Below, piece after piece: positions 13,018 through 20,000 of a stretch of DNA of 20,000 nt. The stretch spans positions 54,964 to 74,963 of the forward strand of contig NW_025215226.1 in NCBI RefSeq assembly GCF_004010195.1, read 5' to 3'. The notes beneath the pieces were generated by a model, which was not told the DNA's origin, did no database searches, and saw only the letters and a list, made by a program, of their open reading frames with translations. A program made the position numbers and the translations under genes. The DNA is from Chiloscyllium plagiosum (lineage: Eukaryota). The stretch's first letter is position 1, and each line of letters opens with the position of its first letter.

Positions 13018-13335
13018 AGAGACAAAGGAGGAAAAAAGATGGAGGGGGAGCTGCTCCACACTCTGATCCAGCATACACCACTGCCTCCCTCTCTCAATCC
13101 ACCTCCAGGGACAGAGAGAGAGGTAGAGGGAGAATGGTGGTGTGAAGGGGGCGGGAGAGACATAGTGAGAGAGAATGCTGACTGTCCCAGTAGAAGATTC
13201 ATTGGTTCAAAATGGATTTGAGGCCTGGGGTAAAAGGAACCGGGGCCTTGGGATTGTGACAGAAGCAGGTTACACCCCCAGGGTCTGGGAGGAAGGACTC
13301 CCCGAGGAGGGAATTAATACCTTAACATGAGAAAC
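11135..13335 (+). repeat. Three diverged, partial copies of a non-coding module (A ~11135-11745, B ~12090-12482, C ~12545-12720 plus 13205-13335)
   Basis: Shared blocks: CCAGAGGGGGA...CAGGCTGCAGCC...CAGGTGAGT (11435-11498 vs 12254-12316); CCTCTGGTTAACYGGGTCCTGTC...GGCCTTGTC...TTTGAAGCCTGGGG (A, B, and the TTTGAGGCCTGGGG part in C); CCCCCAGGRTCTGGGAG...GGACTCCC (11681-11708 vs ~13275-13302); AATGTTTCT..CCTCTGGT (11165 vs 12569). Confidence 0.8.
12951..13012 (+). repeat. Perfect (AC)31 microsatellite
   Basis: Uninterrupted AC dinucleotide run. Confidence 0.97.
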
Positions 13336-13419
13336 TCTCTCCAAGCCCCATTCTAATGTCAGAGTCATGCACATAGGCCAGTGGGATAAGATGTGAAAAG
13401 TCTGAGAGATAGGGCGAAA

Positions 13420-13616
13420 GATCTTCGATATGGAGATAGCGAGAGAAGGGGGACACAGAGGAAGAGATTTCAGAGATAGAGGGAGAGAGGGGAGGAACAG
13501 AGACATCTCGGAGATGGAGAGAGTAAGGGGGAACAGAGAGAGGGAGGAAAGAGAGATCAGAGATGGAGACAGTAAGGGGGGAACTGAGAGAGAGAAAACA
13601 GAGAGAGATCTTAGAT
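13420..13616 (+). repeat. GA-rich low-complexity sequence with recurring GAGATC/GAGAT units, running into the gap
   Basis: Purine-rich, with repeated GAGATCT/GAGATGGAGA. Confidence 0.75.
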
Positions 13617-14171
13617 NNNNNNNNNNNNNNNNNNNNNNNNNNNNNNNNNNNNNNNNNNNNNNNNNNNNNNNNNNNNNNNNNNNNNNNNNNNNNNNNNNNN
13701 NNNNNNNNNNNNNNNNNNNNNNNNNNNNNNNNNNNNNNNNNNNNNNNNNNNNNNNNNNNNNNNNNNNNNNNNNNNNNNNNNNNNNNNNNNNNNNNNNNNN
13801 NNNNNNNNNNNNNNNNNNNNNNNNNNNNNNNNNNNNNNNNNNNNNNNNNNNNNNNNNNNNNNNNNNNNNNNNNNNNNNNNNNNNNNNNNNNNNNNNNNNN
13901 NNNNNNNNNNNNNNNNNNNNNNNNNNNNNNNNNNNNNNNNNNNNNNNNNNNNNNNNNNNNNNNNNNNNNNNNNNNNNNNNNNNNNNNNNNNNNNNNNNNN
14001 NNNNNNNNNNNNNNNNNNNNNNNNNNNNNNNNNNNNNNNNNNNNNNNNNNNNNNNNNNNNNNNNNNNNNNNNNNNNNNNNNNNNNNNNNNNNNNNNNNNN
14101 NNNNNNNNNNNNNNNNNNNNNNNNNNNNNNNNNNNNNNNNNNNNNNNNNNNNNNNNNNNNNNNNNNNNNNN
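13617..14171. other. Assembly gap (555 N)
   Basis: Run of N. Confidence 1.
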
Positions 14172-15246
14172 CTGTAAAAACGCCATCCCATATTCCCAAT
14201 TCCTTCGCCTCCGCCGCATCTGCTCCCAGGAGGACCAATTCCAATACCAAACAACACAGATTGCCTCCTTCTTGAAAGACCGCAATTTCCCCTCAGACGT
14301 GGTTGACGAAGCTATCCACCGCATCTCCTCCACTTCCCGCTCCTCTGCCCTTGAACCCCACCTCTCCAATCGCCACCATGAAAGAAACTCACTGGTCCTC
14401 ACCTACCACCCCACCAACCTCCAGATACATCGTATCATCCTTCATCATTTCCGCCACCTCCAAACAGGCCCCACCACTAAGGATATATTTTCCTCCCCTC
14501 CCCTATCAGCGTTCCAGAAAGACCACTCCTTCAGCGACTCCCTCGTCAGGTCCGCACCCCACACCAACCCAAACTCCACTCCCAGCACCTTCCCATGCAA
14601 CCGCAAGAAATGCAGAACTTGCACGCACACCTCCCCCCCACTTTCCTCCAAGGCCCCAAGGGATCCTTCCATATCCGTCACAAATTCATCTGCACCTCCA
14701 CACACGTCATTTACTGCATCCGCTGCATCCGATGTGGCCTCCTCTAATTTGGGGACACAGGCTGCCTACTTGCGGAACGTTTCAGTGAACACCTCTAGGG
14801 CACCAACCAACCCAACCGCCCCGTGACTGAACACTTTAACTCCCCCTCCCACTCCACCAAGGACATGCAGGTCCTTGGCCCCCTCTATCGCCAGATCCTG
14901 GCCACAGGACGCTTGGCAGAAGAGCGTCTCATCTTCCGCTTAGGAACCCTCCAACCACAAGGGATGAATGCTGATTTCTCCAGCTTTCTCATTTCCCCTT
15001 CCCCCACCTTTTTTCAGTCCCAACCCTCAGACTCAGCACCGCCTTCATAACCTGCAATCTTCTTTCCGACCTCTCCGCCCCCACCCCACTCCAGCCTATC
15101 ACCCTCACCTTAACCTCCTTTCACCTATCACATTCCCAATGCCCCTCTCCCAAGTCCCACCTCCCTTACCTTTTATCTTAGCCTGCATGGCACACCCTCC
15201 TCATTCCTGAAAAAGGGTTTATGTCCGGAACGTCGATTCTCCTGCT
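14172..15246 (+). mobile_element. Decayed Penelope-like retroelement (GIY-YIG, Neptune-type): RT thumb/C-terminus, Cys linker, GIY-YIG endonuclease, 3' UTR/pLTR start
   Basis: From 14173 the translation is CKNAIPYSQFLRLRRICS...LVLTYHP...FPCNRKKCRTCTH. After a frameshift near 14635 it reads GSFHIRHKFICTSTHVIYCIRCIRCGLL*FGDTG..RFSEHL*..PVTEHFNSPSH..EERLIFRLGTLQPQGMN. These are the typical PLE motifs IPYSQFLR, VIY..CxxC..YIG, RFxEH, EHF and LGTLxPxGMN. In-frame stops (TAA 14745-14747 and a TAG near 14796) show it is dead. Confidence 0.93.
15203..15238 (+). ncRNA. Degenerate minimal hammerhead ribozyme of the Penelope-like element
   Basis: The sequence ATTC-CTGAAAA-A-GGGT-TTAT-GTCC-GGAAC-GTC-GATT matches the PLE minimal hammerhead layout: CUGANGA, short stem II, GAAAC, palindromic ACGT stem III, GUC. 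Core mutations are CUGAAAA for CUGANGA and GGAA for GAAA. Confidence 0.7.
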
Positions 15247-15572
15247 CGATGGGGAGTTTACAATAGTCTGCCCTCTAGTGGGGTCAGAGCACATTGCTGT
15301 GAGTCTGTCTGACTGCTCCATGTGGAGTTTACAATAATCTGCCCTCTAGTGGGGTCAGAGCACTTCGCTGCGTGTCTGTCTGACTGCTCCATGGGGAGTT
15401 TACAATAGGCTGCCCTCTAGTGGGTTCAGAGCACATTGCTGCGAGTCTGTCTGACTGCTCCATGTGGAGTTCACATGAGTCTGCATCTGGTGGGTTTTGA
15501 GCACATTGCTGTGAGTCTGTCTCACTGCTCCATGTGGAGTTTACATTAGTCTGCATCTGGTGGGTTTAGAGC
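15243..15572 (-). repeat. 71-bp tandem minisatellite (~4.7 units), each unit with a CTCF core or core-derived motif
   Basis: CTGCCCTCTAGTGG (reverse complement CCACTAGAGGGCAG) occurs at 15268, 15339 and 15410. The variant CTGCATCTGGTGG occurs at 15481 and 15551. Periods are 71, 71, 71 and 70. Confidence 0.95.
15268..15440 (-). promoter_or_regulatory. Three co-oriented canonical CTCF core motifs (candidate insulator)
   Basis: Minus-strand CCACTAGAGGGCAG fits the CTCF consensus CCASYAGRKGGCRS at all 14 positions. AGCAAT begins 17 nt 5' of the core in units 1 and 3 (and 4), resembling the TGCART upstream motif. Binding is not demonstrated. Confidence 0.65.
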
Positions 15573-15980
15573 AGACTTCAGAATTTTCACTGAAATTCCA
15601 ATGAAATTTAAAAAAAGATTCCTTTCTGCTGTTCATTCAATTATTTCTAAACTGCAGTCCCTGTTCCCAGTCCAACCAAATCCATAACAATACTGAAGGG
15701 AAACAGGGATTGACATATACACTCCAGATTATTCTATCTTTCTAACTTTGTACAAATTTTTGTTTTATTTGTTTGAACTGTAAAAACATGTCGTTTCTTT
15801 GATTACTCACTTCTTAATGATATTGAGAAAGGGTTTAAATGAAATGTAACTATTCTCTCTGACACACAAGGCAGATGTGCTGTCGCTGATGTTATCAGGG
15901 CCCATCGAATTGAGCAAAAGGTATCAAGGGGGCAGATGTTTTGATGCAGCGAGTTTGTTGTAGTCTGGGATATAATTCAC

Positions 15981-16235
15981 AACAATTCCAATGCACAACA
16001 ATACTTATGAAAACGCATGAACATCTCCAAAACAAAACAGGATTTAAATATAAACATGAACACTTCCCATCCACAACAATATTTGTATTTATGAACAAAC
16101 AGTTCCCATACAAAGAAAGTTATAAATAAACTGAGATAGTTCGATGCACAGTAATATTTACATGTAAACAGACCAGCTCCAATGCAAAACGATATTTATG
16201 CACAGACAAACAGCTCTATAAAACAATGTATATGG
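15981..16235 (+). repeat. Highly degenerate AT-rich 37-39 bp tandem repeat (~7 units)
   Basis: Unit starts of the form AACA.YTCC are at 15981, 16020, 16059, 16098, 16135, 16172 and 16209 (spacing 39, 39, 39, 37, 37, 37). Each is followed by a CAAYRATATTT-like A/T block. Confidence 0.7.
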
Positions 16236-16539
16236 TATATTGTATGTACTGTAAAATTGTAAACCTGAAATAGCTCAGCCACTGAATTGTTCATTTGCAG
16301 CGTTGGATCAGAATCATGCCTGGAAAGGATCAAACAAAATAATTTTGAAAGGTGGGTAAGGGTATTAAAAACAGAGCAAGGCTATGACATACTTAGAGAG
16401 ATTCCTGTTTTGGAGAAGTTCAACAATTCACTCCATCCAGCATGGGGAGCTGCACAGATCACATTATTCCATTATCTATAAACCACAACGAGATACTCTG
16501 ATCAGCACAGCGACCTCTGCCGTGATCACCCGTTAATTC

Positions 16540-16873
16540 ATCTGTAAACCAGGAGCAGTTGACCTCCCAGCATGTCGGACTGTGTACCCCAACCCAGTGC
16601 ATTGATCTGTAAACCAGGAGAAGTTACCCTCCCAGCATGAAGGTCTGTGTACACCAACCCAGTGCATTGATCTGTAAACCAGGAGCAGTTACCCTCCCAG
16701 CATGTAGGACTGTGTGCACCTCCCCAGCGCATTGACTTGTAAACCAGGAGCAGTTACCCTCCCAGCATGTAGGTCTGTGTACACCAACTCAGTGCATTGA
16801 TCTGTAAACCAGGAGTAGTTACTCTCCCAGCATGTAGGGCTGTGTACATCTCCCCAGTGCATAGATCTGTAAC
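16540..16873 (+). repeat. 65-bp tandem minisatellite (5+ units)
   Basis: TCTGTAAACCAGGAGCAGTTACCCTCCCAGCATGT starts at 16541, 16606, 16671, 16736 and 16801, with a partial unit at 16866. Confidence 0.97.
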
Positions 16874-16911
16874 ACTGTGTTAGGTCCCTGACAAGTGTGG
16901 GGAAACTTGCA

Positions 16912-17430
16912 GCCCTCTCTCTCTCACTCGACACTCTCACTCTTTCCGCCTCTACCTCACTGTTGTCATCCCACTTTTTTGTCCCTCCCTCTATCTCTCA
17001 CCCCGCTTCTCTCTTTCTCGCCCCCTCACTCTCTCACCTCCTCATTCTCTCTCTCTCTTCCCTCTCCCATCTTCTCTCTCTCTCGCCGACCCATCTCTCT
17101 CGTCCACCTTCTCGCTCCTTGTCCCTCTCTCTCTAAGACATGCCCCTTTTCTCTCTCGCCCCCTCCCTCGAACCTCTCTGTCTCTCTCTCTCCCGCGCCC
17201 CTGTCTCTCATTATCTCCTCCCCTGTCTCTCTCTCTCTCTTTCCTCCCTCACCCTATCTATCCCTTGTTCCCCTCTGTCTCTCCTTGCTCTTTCACTCTC
17301 TCTCCGTTCTCTCACTCTCGATCTCCCTCTCTCGGTTTCTCTCTGACTGAATCTCTCTCTCTCTCCTGTCCCTCCATCCCTATCTCTCTCTCTGACGCAC
17401 TCTGTCTCTCTGATCCTTCCCTCTGACTCT
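16912..17430 (+). repeat. CT-rich polypyrimidine low-complexity tract
   Basis: Almost pure C/T sequence. Confidence 0.9.
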
Positions 17431-18047
17431 GATAAGGAGACGAGGGGTTGTGTCGGTGGTGGTGTTGCATTTGGGAGGTGGTGGCGGTGAGAGAATTGAG
17501 AGATGTGGGAGATAGGAGGAGGGGAAAATCGGGTAGAGACGGAATTGCGGGAGGGAGAGAGAGATGGCAGAGTGCGGGTGAGGGGGGGAGGAAAGAGTGG
17601 AGGCAGGTGGAGAAATGAGGGTTGGGGTGTGCGAGAGAGAGAGGGGAGTGAAAGGGAAAGGTAGTGACAAAGAGACAGTGTGCAGAAAGAGAGAGGGAGA
17701 GAAGTGATTAGAAAGAGTAGGGGAGAGGAAATGGAGAGGCCAGGCTGCAGTGGGGGGACAGAGGGAGTTTAACCCAGCTCATGAGCTCAGGGCCCGGTCC
17801 CCTCCCCTCCCCAGAGGACCAGGACTTGTGGCTGAATCTGTCTCTCTCCAGCTCAGCTTCTCCAACACAAAGACACACAACAACATCGGTCACTCTGCTG
17901 CTCGGCACGCTTTAATCTACATTTTTATTGTTTGCAAATGGAAGTCATGGATACAGTCAGTGGGATGGTGCCTTTTCTAACTGGCCCCTGAGTTGTGAGA
18001 AACATTGAAATATTTCCCTGTAACCCCCACTGTGCGATAAGGATGGA
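17331..18047 (+). repeat. Segmental duplication copy 1 (paralogous to 19288-20000)
   Basis: Collinear similarity at a ~1954-bp offset, e.g. GGCCAGGCTGCAG at 17738/19692, TTTATT at 17924/19878 and TAAGGATGGA ending at 18047/20000. Confidence 0.95.
17862..17929 (-). terminator. Minus-strand polyadenylation signal (AATAAA + ATTAAA + downstream GU-rich element) of the GPCR pseudogene
   Basis: Minus strand: AATAAA (17929-17924), ATTAAA (17916-17911), then GATGTTGTTGTGTGTCTTTGTGTTGG (17887-17862). It lies ~210 nt past the GPCR stop and is conserved in the second copy. Confidence 0.6.
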
Positions 18048-18139
18048 CAAACCAGCGCTACCCTCAGTCTGTTACCAAAGCGACAGCTGCTCCGTCACTG
18101 AAACACTGAACTGAAATGAGAAAATCCCGGATGGATTGA

Positions 18140-18426
18140 TTAATGAGGGAATTTGATTGATGGATGGATGTGGGTGAAGGGATATTTCAGCACATTCTTC
18201 AGCTGCTGCCTGAACTTAGTCTGGGTCATGGTATAAATCGCAGTGTTTGTGCAGCAACTGAGGAGCTGGAGCATGAATCCCAATTCCTAAACAAAACCAT
18301 GGAGATACCCAATATAATACATCCAGGCCCATCTCGCATACAGCATTAACGTTGACCATAACAGGATGAAATTGGCGAGATCACAAACAGTAAAATGATG
18401 GATTTGTTTCGGTTTCTAATTTCTCT
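18140..18426 (-). pseudogene. GPR139-like: GPR139-like class A GPCR pseudogene fragment (end of ICL3, TM6, TM7, helix 8), of the type expanded in cartilaginous fish
   Basis: Manual translation: REIRNRNKSIILLFVI[S, 1-nt deletion at ~18377]ANFILLWSTLMLYARWAWMYYIGYLHGFV*ELGFMLQLLSCCTNTAIYTMTQTKFRQQLKNVLKYPFTHIHPSIKFPH*. TM6 FxxxW, TM7 NTAIY (NPxxY equivalent) and helix 8 TKFR are present. There is an internal TAG at 18287-18289 and a terminal TAA at 18140-18142. The ORF track misses it. The assignment is family-level only. Confidence 0.85.
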
Positions 18427-18614
18427 GCCCCACACCACCCCACCTTCACGCTCACCACCACACACTCCACTACCAGGACACATACTGCCCCACACCACTC
18501 CCACCGTCACGCTCACCTCCACACACTCGACCACCATCACACACACTGCCCAACACCACCGCCACCGTCACGCTCACCCCCACACACTCCACCACCATCA
18601 CAACCACTGCCCCA
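18425..18614 (+). repeat. 60-61 bp CAC-rich minisatellite running into the gap
   Basis: CTGCCC.ACACCAC...CACC.TCACGCTCACC starts at 18425, 18485 and 18546, with a partial unit at 18607. Confidence 0.9.
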
Positions 18615-19059
18615 NNNNNNNNNNNNNNNNNNNNNNNNNNNNNNNNNNNNNNNNNNNNNNNNNNNNNNNNNNNNNNNNNNNNNNNNNNNNNNNNNNNNNN
18701 NNNNNNNNNNNNNNNNNNNNNNNNNNNNNNNNNNNNNNNNNNNNNNNNNNNNNNNNNNNNNNNNNNNNNNNNNNNNNNNNNNNNNNNNNNNNNNNNNNNN
18801 NNNNNNNNNNNNNNNNNNNNNNNNNNNNNNNNNNNNNNNNNNNNNNNNNNNNNNNNNNNNNNNNNNNNNNNNNNNNNNNNNNNNNNNNNNNNNNNNNNNN
18901 NNNNNNNNNNNNNNNNNNNNNNNNNNNNNNNNNNNNNNNNNNNNNNNNNNNNNNNNNNNNNNNNNNNNNNNNNNNNNNNNNNNNNNNNNNNNNNNNNNNN
19001 NNNNNNNNNNNNNNNNNNNNNNNNNNNNNNNNNNNNNNNNNNNNNNNNNNNNNNNNNNN
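18615..19059. other. Assembly gap (445 N)
   Basis: Run of N. Confidence 1.
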
Positions 19060-19345
19060 TCTCTCATGCCCTCCCCTCTCTCTCGCCCTCCCTTCTCTCT
19101 CTTACTGCTCTCTCGCCCTCCCCTCTCTCACCCTCCACTCTCTTGCCCTCCCCCTCCCTCGCCTCCCCTCTCTCCCCTCTCTCACCCTATTCCTCCATTG
19201 TTCCCCTCTCTCTCCCTGCTCCTTCACTCTCTCCACCTTCTCTCACTCTCGACCCCCGTCCCTTGGTGTCTCTCTCTCCCCACCTCCCTCCGTTTCTCTC
19301 TGAGTGAATATCTCTAGCTCCTGTCCCTCCCTCCCTCTCTCTCCG
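19060..19345 (+). repeat. CT-rich polypyrimidine low-complexity tract
   Basis: Almost pure C/T, and positionally equivalent to 16912-17430 in the duplication. Confidence 0.9.
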
Positions 19346-20000
19346 AAACACTCTGGGTCCCTGGTCCTTCCCTCTCCCTCTGACCCAGAGACTGGGAGGT
19401 GGGGGTGTGTGGTTGGTCGTGAGGCTGCGTTTGTGTGTGTGTGTGGGGGGGTGAGATGAGGGAGGTAGGATGAGGGGGGAACTAGGGTAAAGATGGAACA
19501 GCTGGAGGGAGACAGAGACGGCAGAACAGTGAAAGTGAGGATGAGGGGATGGGAAGGGTGGAGGCAGGTGGACACACCGGGATTGGGAGTGTGTGAATGT
19601 GTGAGAGGGGGAATGAGAGAGATTGAAAGGGAGAGATGGTGAGAGAGAGGGAGAGAAGTGAGGAGAAAGAGTATGGGAGAGGAAATGGGGAGGCCAGGCT
19701 GCAGTGGGGGGACAGAGGGAGTTAAACCCAGCTCATGAGCTCAGGGCCCGGTCCCGTCCCCTTTCCTGAGGACCAGTACTTGGGGCTGAGTCGGTCTCTC
19801 TCCAGCTCAGCTTCTCCAACACAAAGACACACAACAACATCGGTCTATCTGCTGCTTGGCACGCTTTAATGAACATTTTTATTGTTTACAAATGGAAGTG
19901 ATGGATACAGTCAGTGGGATGGTGCCTTTTCTCACTGGCCCCTGAGTTGTGAGAAACATCGAAATGTTTCCCTGTCACCTCCCTGGGGGATAAGGATGGA
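19288..20000 (+). repeat. Segmental duplication copy 2 (continues beyond the window), including a second minus-strand polyA signal at 19883-19865
   Basis: Collinear with 17331-18047. The last ~330 bp differ only by scattered substitutions. Confidence 0.95.

Noticed and set aside
13270..14402. ORFs spanning the first N gap (and 18395-19303 over the second)
   Set aside because: Their length is an artefact of translating N as X.
14272..15050. ORFs 14272-14826 and 14823-15050 as host genes
   Set aside because: They are broken pieces of the Penelope ORF, with a frameshift and stops including one at the YIG tyrosine.
15243..16873. Regularly spaced repeats as a CRISPR array
   Set aside because: Whole units are repeated with no unique spacers, there are no cas genes, and the context is vertebrate.
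17776..17787. 12-bp palindrome AGCTCATGAGCT (also in the duplicate copy)
   Set aside because: It is short, its recurrence is explained by the duplication, and there is no further structural support.
16506..18034. CACAGCG (16506) and CACTGTG (~18028) as V(D)J recombination signal heptamers
   Set aside because: There is no ACAAAAACC-like nonamer at 12 or 23 bp, and no V/J coding segment nearby.
18164..18349. Plus-strand 61-aa ORF
   Set aside because: It is the antisense shadow of the GPCR TM7 region.

Overview
Eukaryotic, repeat-dominated, gapped draft-assembly sequence, most likely from a cartilaginous fish (shark). That assignment is inferred from the type of Penelope element and the GPR139-like GPCR fragment. 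No intact protein-coding gene is visible, and nearly all ORFs in the track are artefacts of GA/GT/CA repeats or N-runs. In order, the window holds: (1) an 8.6 kb degenerate (GAGAGAATGCGTGTGT)-type satellite, followed by a related minisatellite in the opposite orientation; (2) microsatellites and a 227-bp tandem duplication; (3) three diverged copies of a non-coding module, two of which keep a CAG|GTGAGT donor; (4) a decayed Penelope-like retroelement (RT C-terminus plus GIY-YIG endonuclease) ending in a degenerate minimal hammerhead ribozyme; (5) a 71-bp tandem array whose units each carry a co-oriented CTCF core motif, most with a correctly spaced upstream-motif-like sequence; (6) further 37-39, 65 and 60-61 bp minisatellites; (7) a ~1.95 kb duplication carrying the minus-strand 3' end of a pseudogenised GPR139-like GPCR (TM6-TM7, 3'UTR and polyA signal; the second copy shows only the 3'UTR and polyA part). 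The most interesting item is the CTCF-motif minisatellite, a possible repeat-built insulator beside a GPCR cluster.
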